Positions 1-9,506 of a stretch of DNA of 64,000 nt are shown here, piece by piece (the stretch's first letter is position 1; every line of letters starts with the position of its first letter). Made by a program: the position numbers and the translations under genes. The DNA is from an uncultured Burkholderiales bacterium (lineage in GTDB: Bacteria; Pseudomonadota; Gammaproteobacteria; Burkholderiales; Eutrophovitaceae): NCBI GenBank assembly GCA_963925895.1, contig CAWUVH010000007.1:7957-71956 (forward strand), in the 5' to 3' direction. A model generated the notes under the pieces. That model saw only the letters and a list, made by a program, of their open reading frames with translations. It did not search any database and was not told the DNA's origin.

Positions 1-1
1 A

Positions 2-685
2 AATTTTGATCGAGATGAACGGTCGAGTATTTACGATGAATTGAATCGTGTGATCGCGGCGCTACATACCGTTGATCATGCTTCAGTTGGTCTCGAGTCT
101 TTTGGCCGGCCAGGTAATTTTGTTGAGCGACAAATCAGTCGATGGATTAAACAATATCGAGCTTCAGAAACAGAAAAGATTGAAGCGATGGAGAACCTCA
201 TTCAGTGGCTGCCTCATAATGTACCTCAGAGTGAGGAAGTCTCGATCACTCATGGGGACTATCGATTGGATAATGTGATTTTTCATCCTACTGAGCCCAA
301 GGTTTTAGCAGTACTGGACTGGGAGCTATCTACGTTGGGTCATCCTGTGGCTGATCTCGCTTATCACTGCATGTACTGGCGGCTGACTCCAGGTGAGTTT
401 CGGGGTATCGCTGGTGTAGACCATAAGCAAACCGGGATTCCGCATGAGGAAGAGTATGTTGAGCGTTATTGTCAGCGTACCGGAAGGGCCTCAATTGAAA
501 ATTGGGATTTCTATATTGCGTACAACATGTTTCGACTCGCTGGTATTCTTCAAGGAATTATGGGCCGAGTTAAGGATGGGACTGCATCTAGTGCGAATGC
601 GGTGGATCAAGGTAAACGAGCTCGCCCCATGGCAGAGGCGGGTTGGAGGCAGGTTGAGACTATCCTAAGAAAACCCACATCCTAA
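2..685 (+). CDS. Phosphotransferase-fold kinase (APH/ChoK-like family), 5' end outside window
   Basis: Frame is open from base 2 with no stop. Catalytic-loop and metal-binding motifs HGDYRLDNVIF and VLDWELS are typical of aminoglycoside-phosphotransferase-fold kinases. Confidence 0.75.
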   Translation, partial: NFDRDERSSIYDELNRVIAALHTVDHASVGLESFGRPGNFVERQISRWIKQYRASETEKIEAMENLIQWLPHNVPQSEEVSITHGDYRLDNVIFHPTEPKVLAVLDWELSTLGHPVADLAYHCMYWRLTPGEFRGIAGVDHKQTGIPHEEEYVERYCQRTGRASIENWDFYIAYNMFRLAGILQGIMGRVKDGTASSANAVDQGKRARPMAEAGWRQVETILRKPTS

Positions 686-741
686 ATTCTGATCTAGAGG
701 ATTACCTCCGATCTTGGTTGCTGCTTGCATTTGGCACAACT

Positions 742-760
742 CTAAACGATAATCATTCTC
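742..760. promoter_or_regulatory. Candidate Fur box upstream of bfd
   Basis: ctaaacGATAATCATTcTC matches the 3' 16 nt of the consensus GATAATGATAATCATTATC at 14/16 by eye. It lies about 30 nt upstream of the bfd start. bfd genes are classically Fur-repressed. Confidence 0.55.
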
Positions 761-789
761 ATTAATATGATGATTGGGGAAGTGGATAC

Positions 790-990
790 ATGTACTTGTG
801 TGTGTGTCGAGCCGTCCGGGAATCTGAGGTTGATTACGCGATTGACCAAGGGTGCAGGACATTCAAAGACATTTCGGACCAAACCGGATGTTCTAAGGAA
901 TGCGGCCAGTGTGCGCAGGCCGTGAAGGGCTATATCGAGCAACGTTTTGAGTCTTCCGTCGGGGGAGTGAAGCTTCGTTTAGTCGGTTAG
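790..990 (+). CDS. bfd: Bacterioferritin-associated ferredoxin, (2Fe-2S)-binding
   Basis: The 66-aa product starts MYLCVCRAV and carries CSKECGQC. This is the typical Bfd four-Cys pattern and size. Confidence 0.8.
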   Translation: MYLCVCRAVRESEVDYAIDQGCRTFKDISDQTGCSKECGQCAQAVKGYIEQRFESSVGGVKLRLVG

Positions 991-1056
991 ATATTTCATC
1001 GAAGGTATTAGATCTTCCTTAAAAACGCTTAATCTACACAAATAAAGGACCTAAGT

Positions 1057-2037
1057 ATGCGAGCTGTACTGTGCAAAGAACTAGGAATGCCTGATGGTTT
1101 GGTGCTTGAGGAAGTGCCAGGCTTGGTGCCAGATACAGGCCAGGTTTTGATATCAGTTCAGGCTTGCGGGGTAAATTTTCCAGATACCCTCATCATCCAA
1201 GGTAAATATCAATTTAAGCCGGATCTTCCATTCTCCCCAGGTGGAGAGGTTGCTGGAGTGGTCAAGAAATTGGGTCCTGACGTGCACAGCCTGAAGGTTG
1301 GAGATCGAGTCATTGCCTTTTCAACATGGGGGGGGTTTGCTGAGGAGTTGGTTGTTGACCAAAGCAGAACCGTTATGATTTCTGACAAGATGGATTTTGA
1401 AAGAGCTTCTGCATTTATTTTGACGTATGGAACAAGTTATCACGCGTTAAAGGATCGTGCTCTATTGCGTGCCGGTGAAACCCTACTGGTTCTTGGTGCC
1501 TCTGGAGGTGTTGGTATAGCGGCGATTCAATTAGGAAAAGCCCTAGGTGCGACGGTTATTGCGGCGGCATCAAATGCTGAAAAATTATCTGTATGCAAGC
1601 AAAACGGCGCTGACCATTTAATTAATTATTCGGAAAATGATTTGCGGCAGTCTGTTAAAGAAATCACACAAGGTCGTGGTGTTGATGTGGTTTACGATCC
1701 GGTGGGTGGTTCATTTTCTGAGAAAGCGCTCCGAGATATGAGTTGGGGCGGTCGGTTTTTAGTGGTAGGTTTTGCCTCAGGTGAGATTCCAAAAGTGCCG
1801 CTCAATCTACCATTGCTCAAAGGGTGTTCTGTTGTTGGGGTTTTTTGGGGAGAGTTCACTAAGCGTGAGCCAGAGTTAAACAGAAAGAACAATCAGGAAT
1901 TAATGGATTTGTTCGACCAAGGAAAAATATCTCCGCACATCCACAAAGTTTACCCCCTGGAGAGAGCGGGTGAGGCACTCAATGAGCTTCTGCAAAAGCG
2001 CGTTATTGGTAAAGTGGTGCTCTCAACCAGTCGTTAG
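1057..2037 (+). CDS. NADPH:quinone oxidoreductase-like medium-chain dehydrogenase/reductase
   Basis: GroES-like N-terminus plus the Rossmann motif VLGASGGVGIAAIQLGKALGA; 326 aa. Confidence 0.8.
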   Translation: MRAVLCKELGMPDGLVLEEVPGLVPDTGQVLISVQACGVNFPDTLIIQGKYQFKPDLPFSPGGEVAGVVKKLGPDVHSLKVGDRVIAFSTWGGFAEELVVDQSRTVMISDKMDFERASAFILTYGTSYHALKDRALLRAGETLLVLGASGGVGIAAIQLGKALGATVIAAASNAEKLSVCKQNGADHLINYSENDLRQSVKEITQGRGVDVVYDPVGGSFSEKALRDMSWGGRFLVVGFASGEIPKVPLNLPLLKGCSVVGVFWGEFTKREPELNRKNNQELMDLFDQGKISPHIHKVYPLERAGEALNELLQKRVIGKVVLSTSR

Positions 2038-2048
2038 TTTTTATAATC

Positions 2049-2597
2049 ATGAACAACGACTGGTTCAAGCTTATTGGTATTCCCATTGCTACTGTAGCTG
2101 TGTCTGGACACGTTTACGCGGCGGAATATTTAAGTGTGGAACAGGCACAAAAGTTGATGTTTGGTAATTCGGCTGCGTTTGAAAAGTCAGATGTTAAGCT
2201 CGACAGCACCGCAAAAAAAGCAATTAAAAATGCCTCTGGTGTAATCGTTGACCGAGATTCTCTTCCGGCTTGGAAGGTGTTCGATGGTGGCAAATTATCG
2301 GGCTACTTTATTGTGGATGAAGTCATTGGGAAGCATGAATATATAACGTATGCGGTAGCCCTCAGTGCTACAGGTGAAGTGAAGCAAATCGAGATTTTGG
2401 TATACCGAGAGAGTTACGGTTATGAGGTGAGGAATCCTCGCTGGCGAGCACAGTTTGTGGGGCATAAACCTGGATCTCATCTTGATCTTGGAGAGGAAAT
2501 CAAAAACATTTCTGGAGCAACCATGTCTTGCCGGCATATTACTGAAGGGGTAAATCGGGTGTTGGCCACTTATGATCTCTACCTCAAAAGTCAGTAA
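2049..2597 (+). CDS. Periplasmic FMN-binding domain protein (predicted flavinylation substrate)
   Basis: Signal peptide ends VYA/AE. The C-terminal FMN_bind-type motif ISGATMS (nt 2511-2522 encode SGAT) is the ApbE target motif. An apbE gene follows directly. Confidence 0.7.
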   Translation: MNNDWFKLIGIPIATVAVSGHVYAAEYLSVEQAQKLMFGNSAAFEKSDVKLDSTAKKAIKNASGVIVDRDSLPAWKVFDGGKLSGYFIVDEVIGKHEYITYAVALSATGEVKQIEILVYRESYGYEVRNPRWRAQFVGHKPGSHLDLGEEIKNISGATMSCRHITEGVNRVLATYDLYLKSQ

Positions 2598-3411
2598 ACG
2601 GGCACGACCTCTGCTTGGCACAATCGTTGAGATTGGAGTTCAAGATACACATGAAGAAATAGCGCAACAAATCATTTCAGATGCATTTGCTCAGATTGAA
2701 CGGATTCAGCGTTTGATGAGTCGGTTTGACGATTCCAGTGAGGTGACTCAAGTTAATCGCCTCGGGGTTAATGTGGAATTGGTTGTTTCTTCAGATCTGT
2801 GGACCGTGCTTGAATTGGCCCAAGATATTTCGAGACGCAGTGAAGGTGTATTCAGCATCTGCACAGAGGCTGATCCCAATGGGGATTTGTTGCGTCTTTT
2901 GGATGATGGTCGAGTACTTCGATTGAAGACTGGATTGATTGATTTGGGTGGGATTGCTAAAGGTTATGCGGTAGATCAGGCGATTGAATTCATAAAGGGA
3001 CGGGGTACTGAATCGGCTTATGTGAATGCAGGAGGTGATGTTAGGGCATTTGGTGCGCCATACCCAATTCTAGTTCGAAATCCGTTGAGACCCCATGAGT
3101 CGGTGGCCTCGTTGGATTTGTTTAATGCCGCGTTTGCAACCAGTGCAGCGTACCATCAGCATGCTGAATATAACCAGTCGGGCATAATAGTTGACCCTAG
3201 AAGTAACAAGTCTATTCCATCAGGTGCTTCGGCATCAGTGATGGCATCGACTTGTGTCGTGGCGGATGCGCTTACAAAATGTATGTTGATGATGGAAGAG
3301 GAGGTTGAATTGTTGCTCAATCAATTTAATGCCTGTGGTTTTTTAGTGCGAGGCGAGCACTTAACAAGCTTTCCAAAAACGATGGACGTGATGCCAAATG
3401 ATGCCAATTAA
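2572..3411 (+). CDS. apbE: ApbE-family FAD:protein FMN transferase
   Basis: ApbE-like blocks LLGTIVEI, IDLGGIAKGYAVDQA, VNAGGDV and ATSAAY. Overlaps the upstream ORF by 26 nt, so the exact start is uncertain. Confidence 0.75.
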   Translation: MISTSKVSKRARPLLGTIVEIGVQDTHEEIAQQIISDAFAQIERIQRLMSRFDDSSEVTQVNRLGVNVELVVSSDLWTVLELAQDISRRSEGVFSICTEADPNGDLLRLLDDGRVLRLKTGLIDLGGIAKGYAVDQAIEFIKGRGTESAYVNAGGDVRAFGAPYPILVRNPLRPHESVASLDLFNAAFATSAAYHQHAEYNQSGIIVDPRSNKSIPSGASASVMASTCVVADALTKCMLMMEEEVELLLNQFNACGFLVRGEHLTSFPKTMDVMPNDAN

Positions 3412-3835
3412 GTTAGGTCGTAACCACGCACGGTTTCTTTATGTCGTTGGTGGCATCCTGACGTTGTCGGGTGGATTGTGGCTTTATTTGCACTACTTCA
3501 TCCGTGTTGAAGGTGAGTTTGGTCCCATACATCATCCTTTGGAGCGCGACTTGCTGTCAATTCACGGGATATGCGCTGCGTTCATGATGATTGGATTTGG
3601 TAGCGTACTTCCTGGTCACGTCTCACGAGCGTGGTCTATGCGTCGAAATTTGTGGACAGGATTTTTTATGTTTGCCACGATGGTCATCCTCAGTGCATCG
3701 GGGTATTTTCTGTATTATTTGGGCAATGAAAGTATTCGATCAGTGACAGCGATCGTTCACTGGGTGATCGGTTTGGCGCTGCCAATTATGGCTGTTGTTC
3801 ACCTTCAAAGAGGTCTCAAATCTCGTAAGAAGTAG
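3398..3835 (+). CDS. His-rich four-helix membrane protein, possible b-type cytochrome (DUF4405-like)
   Basis: Four hydrophobic segments with conserved-looking His residues (LHYF, SIHG, PGHV, VHWV, VHLQ). Overlaps the apbE stop by 14 nt. Confidence 0.45.
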   Translation: MMPIKLGRNHARFLYVVGGILTLSGGLWLYLHYFIRVEGEFGPIHHPLERDLLSIHGICAAFMMIGFGSVLPGHVSRAWSMRRNLWTGFFMFATMVILSASGYFLYYLGNESIRSVTAIVHWVIGLALPIMAVVHLQRGLKSRKK

Positions 3836-3865
3836 CAATCGATATTTACTAATGGTGCGGAATTC

Positions 3866-5572
3866 ATGGCAGATTCAAAAAATATGAGTCAAGGGATCAC
3901 AAGGAACTTAACGAATTATGGTGATCCAGGATTTGCCGCGTATCTGCGTCGTTCATTTGCTAGATCTATGGGGTACTCCCTGGATAGTTTAAGCCGACCT
4001 ATTATCGGAATAGCCACATCGCCAAGTGGTTTTAATAATTGTCATCGGACAATGCCAGATCTGGTTGAGGCTGTTAAAAGAGGTGTTTTGAAGCGTGGTG
4101 GCTTACCGATTGAATTTCCAACAATCTCGCTGGGTGAAGTATTCCTGTCGCCGACCAGTATGATGTTTCGCAATTTGATGTCGATGGATGTTGAGGAGAT
4201 GTTGAAGGCTCAACCTATTGATGCATGCGTTGTGATCGGTGGTTGCGACAAAACAGTTCCTGCTCAGCTCATGGGCATTGCTTCAGCAAACATTCCTTCC
4301 ATACAACTGGTGACCGGGCCTATGTTAGCCATGCCCTTTGAGGGTGAGCAGTTAGGCGCGTGTACTGATTGCCGCCGATTTTGGGGTAAATACCGTGCTG
4401 GTGAGGTTTCTGATGCCAAGATTAATGAAATAGAAGGTAAGTTGGCAACGACAGCCGGCAGTTGTGCTGTCATGGGTACAGCGAGCACTATGGCCTGCAT
4501 CACCGAGGTTCTTGGAATGAGTTTGCCTGGAAGTGCAGCCATACCGGCAGTTCATGCGGATCGACTTCGTTTGGCGGAGGCTTGTGGTGAACGTGCTATG
4601 GAAATGGCGGTTTCCGGAGCACCGTTGCCTCACGAAATTATCACGCCTAAATCGGTGGAAAATGCGCTAAGAGTTCTACTCGCAATCAGTGGGTCAACCA
4701 ACGCAGTGGTTCACTTGGCTGCGATTGCTGGTAGACGTGGGATTGACCTGCCATTAGAGAATATCAATCGTATTTCTGACGAGACACCTGTGTTGGTTAA
4801 CTTGAAACCAACGGGCGAACATTATATGCAAGATTTGTTCGCCGCCGGAGGTCTAACCGCTGTGTTGCACGAATTAAAACATCAATTGCATCTCGATTGC
4901 CTGACGGTGACGGGTGAGACACTTGGTCAATGGTTGTCGGAAACCCCGAAATGGGTCGACCGGAATGTTATCCGTGCTTTTGACGAGCCGTATCAAAAAG
5001 AGGGCGGATTAATCGCACTGTTTGGTACGCTCGCCCCAACAGGCGCGATACTCAAGCGAGCGGCAGCTGATTCGAATCTTTTTGAGCGAACGGGAAGAGC
5101 TGTAGTGTTCGATTCATTGGAAGATTTAAGTGAACGCATTGATTCTGAAGATTTAGATGTGTCAGAGGATGACTTTTTAGTACTAAAAAATGCGGGGCCG
5201 AAAAGTGAGTCGTGCATGCCTGAGGCTGGATATTTACCAATCCCAAAAAAGCTCGCTGTAAGAGGCGTCAAGGATATGGTGCGCATCTCGGATGCGCGAA
5301 TGAGTGGGACTGCCTTTGGGATGGTAGTGCTGCACGTATCTCCTGATGCTGCCTCAGGAGGGAATCTGGCATTCGTGCAAACGGGCGATAGCATCAGATT
5401 ATCAGTGAAAGAGAAAAGGTTAGATTTGCTGGTGTCTGAGCAAGAATTAGATCGTCGGAAGAAAGGCTGGACGACGCGAGAGTCCCCGCCTAGAGGTTAT
5501 GCTCGGCTCTATTACGAGACGGTCACTCAGGCGCCACTTGGATGCGATTTTGAATTCTTGCGATTCAAATGA
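3866..5572 (+). CDS. IlvD/Edd-family dehydratase (sugar-acid or dihydroxy-acid dehydratase)
   Basis: 568 aa with the family blocks GGCDKTVPAQLMG, ATTAGSCAVMGTAS and SDARMSGTA. Confidence 0.8.
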   Translation: MADSKNMSQGITRNLTNYGDPGFAAYLRRSFARSMGYSLDSLSRPIIGIATSPSGFNNCHRTMPDLVEAVKRGVLKRGGLPIEFPTISLGEVFLSPTSMMFRNLMSMDVEEMLKAQPIDACVVIGGCDKTVPAQLMGIASANIPSIQLVTGPMLAMPFEGEQLGACTDCRRFWGKYRAGEVSDAKINEIEGKLATTAGSCAVMGTASTMACITEVLGMSLPGSAAIPAVHADRLRLAEACGERAMEMAVSGAPLPHEIITPKSVENALRVLLAISGSTNAVVHLAAIAGRRGIDLPLENINRISDETPVLVNLKPTGEHYMQDLFAAGGLTAVLHELKHQLHLDCLTVTGETLGQWLSETPKWVDRNVIRAFDEPYQKEGGLIALFGTLAPTGAILKRAAADSNLFERTGRAVVFDSLEDLSERIDSEDLDVSEDDFLVLKNAGPKSESCMPEAGYLPIPKKLAVRGVKDMVRISDARMSGTAFGMVVLHVSPDAASGGNLAFVQTGDSIRLSVKEKRLDLLVSEQELDRRKKGWTTRESPPRGYARLYYETVTQAPLGCDFEFLRFK

Positions 5573-5604
5573 TGGCTGTTAGGCCTTAACGTATTCTATG
5601 GTAA

Positions 5605-6903
5605 CTAGCGCTTTTCAATGCCGCACCACTGTGTCATGAAGTGACACAGAACTCGACTGACATCAATCGTACTTTGGATCGACACTGATTCGTCAATTCC
5701 GTGAATATTTAATGCTTCTGGTCCATAGCATGTTGCGGGAATGTGTCCATACAATTGAAATGTTCGTACATCAGTTGTCGCTGCACTGGCAAATAATTCT
5801 GTCGGCCGCCCTAAATGAGTTTCGTGAGTGTGACTTAATAGATTAATAAATTTGCTACTGGTGTCGACAACACAGCCGGGTGATTGGAATCCGCGATACG
5901 TTATCACGTGCTTAATATTTTTTAAGCGGGAGTCGTTCTCAATCGCAGCGTTTAAATGATTCTCGATTAACTGCCGTATCTCTTTTGGCGATTGCCCAGG
6001 AAAGAAGCCACAACGAATGTCCATTGCGCATCGCGTCGGAACCGATGAGGCCCATTCTCCACCTGAAATCTTACCAAGGTTGAATTTGACGGGAGCCGCT
6101 ACGTCTCCAAATGCTGCGTGTGAGTGGTTCTTATCGTTCCACAGACATGCTAAACCTTTCAAATGCTCCCAAATACTGAACGCTGCCTCAATAGCATTGT
6201 TTCCCATTGTGTCGTGAAGCACGTGCGCAGGCTTTCCAGTAACTTCTATTTGTAACCACATGACTCCCATCTGGGCCGACATGATTGTTTCGTTAAAGGG
6301 CTCCGGAATGATTGCGGCATCAGCTTTATAACCACGATGAAGGCAGGCAAGTGCCCCATTTCCCGTGCACTCTTCTTCGACTACGGATTGCAAGAAAACA
6401 TCGCTGGCTGGTCGATAACCAATTTTTTGAAGTGTTTTGAAAGCATAAATGTAAGCGGTAATGCCCGCTTTCATATCTCCTCCGCCACGCCCATATATGC
6501 GACCGTCTTTAATGGTCGGGTTGAAAGGAGGAGACGACCATAAATCTTCTGCGCCTACAGGCACTACATCAATGTGACCGTTAAGTATTAGCGATTTTCC
6601 ATATTTAGATTTCGCCCGATGGATCCCAACAATATTGTCATGGCCATCCCATTCTCCGACAGAGGGAGAGTACCCTTCGACATTTTTGAGTGCGTCGTGA
6701 TTGATGCCAAAACGATCAATATCAAGGCCTAAGCTTACAAAAGTTTCCTCCATGAAATTTTGCGCGCTATCCTCTTGGCCAAGTAGACTCGGATGTTTAA
6801 TTAGATTGCAAATGAAAGAAGTGATCTCTTCACGTTGTTCCTCATAGACAGAGTTGATATCTTGAGTTAATCCGTGATCTTGAGTGTTATCAAAAGTTTT
6901 CAT
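5605..6903 (-). CDS. M20-family metallopeptidase/deacylase (ArgE/DapE/CPG2-like)
   Basis: Motifs LNGHIDVVP, GRGGGDMKAG and EEECTGNG; 432 aa. Confidence 0.8.
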   Translation of the reverse strand: MKTFDNTQDHGLTQDINSVYEEQREEITSFICNLIKHPSLLGQEDSAQNFMEETFVSLGLDIDRFGINHDALKNVEGYSPSVGEWDGHDNIVGIHRAKSKYGKSLILNGHIDVVPVGAEDLWSSPPFNPTIKDGRIYGRGGGDMKAGITAYIYAFKTLQKIGYRPASDVFLQSVVEEECTGNGALACLHRGYKADAAIIPEPFNETIMSAQMGVMWLQIEVTGKPAHVLHDTMGNNAIEAAFSIWEHLKGLACLWNDKNHSHAAFGDVAAPVKFNLGKISGGEWASSVPTRCAMDIRCGFFPGQSPKEIRQLIENHLNAAIENDSRLKNIKHVITYRGFQSPGCVVDTSSKFINLLSHTHETHLGRPTELFASAATTDVRTFQLYGHIPATCYGPEALNIHGIDESVSIQSTIDVSRVLCHFMTQWCGIEKR

Positions 6904-8594
6904 TTGTGTATGGTCCTAATCATTTGCGACTGTTGTTGCCATTCGTCTTCTTGTAAGAGACGCCATTGAATTTTTCCAGATGCTGATCGAGGTAATTCGA
7001 TGACAAATTCAACAAGCCTAGGGATCTTATAGGAGGCCATGTGCTCTCGTGACCAATCGATGATCTCTTTTTCTGAAGTACTATTTTTATAAGCCTCTTT
7101 CAGCACAATCATCGCTTTAACCGTTTCTCCCCGTCTGGGGTCTGGCGATGAAATGATCGCTAATTCTTTGATTGCAGGATGCTTGTATAGAGTCGCTTCT
7201 ACTTCTGCGGGCCAGACTTTAAAGCCCGAGGCATTGATCATGCGTTTAATTCGATCAGAGATATAGAAAAACCCATCCTCATCGTAGCGACCAAGGTCGC
7301 CGGTTCTAAAAAATCTATCTCCATTAATTTCAATGAAACTCTCTTTATTAGCATCATCTCTCTCCCAATAACCAAGCATTATTTGAGGCCCAGACGCGAC
7401 AATTTCACCCGTTTCATTGGGACCCAGTTCACGCAAGGTTTCTGGATCAATGATTGTGGCCATTGTGTCAAACGTGGGTATGCCGAGACATTGTTTACGC
7501 AAATCTTGAGGCGGGTTCATGTGCGTTTGTGAGATCGCCTCAGTCATCCCGTACCCTTCCATGTACCTGATGCCGCACCGGTCGAATAGTTCTTGTGCGA
7601 CTGATTCTGGCATGGATGAACCACCACCAAAAATATTCTCTAATGAGCTCAGATCACGCGTTTCGACTGTAGGTTCTGCCAGTAGATCGACCACCATGGT
7701 AGGCACATTGGCCCAATGCGTGCAGGCGTATCTCTCAATTAATTCTCCGGCAATTTTTGGATCCCACCTCGGTAAAATAACTAGTGAGCCAGATGCTGCG
7801 ACTCCAGCATTCATGCTGTGCTGCATGCCGGTGACATGGAATAGTGGTGCGGTAGTGAGTAGAACAGAGGTTGAGCTCATGCCTTCCCATAGTACTGCGC
7901 CTTCTATGTTTCTCATGATGGTTTCATGCGTATGCATACACCCTTTCGGTCGTCCTGTTGTTCCGGATGTATACAAAATTGCAGCAAGGTCACTGAGATT
8001 AATTTCAGTTTGTTTAAGATTTATGTTTTCTTGCGGAATACTTGACCAATCCATCACTTGAGCTATGTTGAAAGCTATTTTTTCTTCAGCAATGTTTGTT
8101 GGGATTTCACCTATAAAATCTTTTGCAATGAAGTCGGAGTATGTTGCGACGATGAGTCGATCTATAAAATTTTGATCGAGCGCATCCTTAAATTCTTTAA
8201 CAACGTCTTGACTGGCGATGGCTACCCGAGCCCCAGAGTCTGTGCAGTAGTGGTTGATTTCGTCTGCGACGTTCATCGGGCTGATTGGAACGACGAGGCC
8301 TCCCAGCGCCAAAATTGCGTAGTAGCCGATAACAAACTGAGGCGACGATTGTAAGTCGAGAATAACTCGATCTCCTTTTTTTACATGGCAATCGTCGCGT
8401 AAGTATGCTGCGAGTGATTCAGTCTGCTTCAGTAGGTCTCGATAAGATATTGTAGTGCCGTAAAAAACAATGGCTGTCTTTTCTGGGAACCGCTCGGCAG
8501 ATACGACCAGGTTTTGGAATATGGTTTTTGTTGGAGGCTCAAGCTTGCGGGGTAAGTGAGTTGGCCAGTGTTTGAAGTGTCTGCTTTGGAACAT
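6900..8594 (-). CDS. AMP-dependent acyl-CoA synthetase/ligase
   Basis: AMP-binding signature LYTSGTTGRPKG, plus GYGMTE and the GDLG...DR.K block. A 4-nt ATGA overlap with the downstream M20 gene. Confidence 0.85.
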   Translation of the reverse strand: MFQSRHFKHWPTHLPRKLEPPTKTIFQNLVVSAERFPEKTAIVFYGTTISYRDLLKQTESLAAYLRDDCHVKKGDRVILDLQSSPQFVIGYYAILALGGLVVPISPMNVADEINHYCTDSGARVAIASQDVVKEFKDALDQNFIDRLIVATYSDFIAKDFIGEIPTNIAEEKIAFNIAQVMDWSSIPQENINLKQTEINLSDLAAILYTSGTTGRPKGCMHTHETIMRNIEGAVLWEGMSSTSVLLTTAPLFHVTGMQHSMNAGVAASGSLVILPRWDPKIAGELIERYACTHWANVPTMVVDLLAEPTVETRDLSSLENIFGGGSSMPESVAQELFDRCGIRYMEGYGMTEAISQTHMNPPQDLRKQCLGIPTFDTMATIIDPETLRELGPNETGEIVASGPQIMLGYWERDDANKESFIEINGDRFFRTGDLGRYDEDGFFYISDRIKRMINASGFKVWPAEVEATLYKHPAIKELAIISSPDPRRGETVKAMIVLKEAYKNSTSEKEIIDWSREHMASYKIPRLVEFVIELPRSASGKIQWRLLQEDEWQQQSQMIRTIHK

Positions 8595-8712
8595 GGGTTT
8601 TTAGAGTATGTGATCTTTGGTTAATGTACTAAACGAAAACTATACCGAAATGTCCGCTCCGTTGTTGACTGTATACTCAAGCTTTAGACAAAAGGTAAGC
8701 GGGGAGAAAGTT

Positions 8713-9471
8713 ATGTCGGATCAACCACTGAAAGGTAAAATTGCCGTTGTCACTGGAGCCAGTCGCGGGCTTGGTCGAGCCATGGCCATTAGCCTCGCAG
8801 AGGCGGGCGCGTCTATTGCCTGCGTTGGAAGGAATGCAGAGAAGCTCTCTGAGACGAAGGCGCTTCTAGACAAGATTGGCGTAGAGTCAGATACGTTTAT
8901 TTGTGATGTTCGTTATGAAGATCAGGTCAACGATCTAGAAAAACAAGTCAGTAAGCGATTTGGGGCCATTCATATCTTAGTTAATAATGCCGGAACAGCC
9001 ATCCGTAAAAACCTCATCGAGTTTTCTTTGGAGGAATGGAACACGGTTTTAGATACTAATTTGACGGGCGTGTTTCTTTGCTCAAGAGCTTTCGTCCCTC
9101 ATATGAAAACGTATAAATGGGGTCGAGTGATCAACATCACTTCCATCATGGCGAACGTGGGCAGCATTGGGCGAGCTGCGTACTGCGCGTCCAAACATGG
9201 GGTCTTAGCCATTACTAAATCTATGGCTTTAGAGCACGCTGATGATGGCATTAATGTCGTGGCGATCAGCCCAGGTTTTTATGCGACAGACCTGACTGCA
9301 CCATTGAGGTCTGATTCGTCCAAAAGTGACGACTTGTTATCAAATGTACCCGCTCGTCGTTGGGGGGATCCGAAGGAGATTGGTGAGATTGCTAGATTTT
9401 TGTGCACTGATGCAGCTTCGTTTATAACCGGGACTGATATTTTGTCCGATGGTGGCTGGGTTGCGCAGTAA
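8713..9471 (+). CDS. Short-chain dehydrogenase/reductase (SDR)
   Basis: TGASRGLG cofactor motif, NNAG and YCASK catalytic motifs. Start moved to ATG 8713, which sits behind the GGGGAG RBS; the ORF-track start at 8617 is unlikely. Confidence 0.8.
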   Translation: MSDQPLKGKIAVVTGASRGLGRAMAISLAEAGASIACVGRNAEKLSETKALLDKIGVESDTFICDVRYEDQVNDLEKQVSKRFGAIHILVNNAGTAIRKNLIEFSLEEWNTVLDTNLTGVFLCSRAFVPHMKTYKWGRVINITSIMANVGSIGRAAYCASKHGVLAITKSMALEHADDGINVVAISPGFYATDLTAPLRSDSSKSDDLLSNVPARRWGDPKEIGEIARFLCTDAASFITGTDILSDGGWVAQ

Positions 9472-9506
9472 TTGTCTAAGGATTGACACGAGGAAGTTCT
9501 CATAAC

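Noticed and set aside
3072-3083. tRNA T-arm-like string AGTTCGAAATCC
   Set aside because: It lies in-frame inside the apbE coding sequence. It has no acceptor stem, D-arm or anticodon arm around it, so it is a chance match.
7519-8061. Long antisense ORFs in the track (e.g. 7519-8061, 4993-5394, 13868-14269, 22646-23002, 37489-37851, 58995-59366, 59806-60183, 10783-11109)
   Set aside because: Each lies fully inside a well-supported gene on the opposite strand and has low-complexity or Ser/Arg/Pro-rich shadow-frame composition. None has an RBS or family motifs, so these are typical antisense artefacts.
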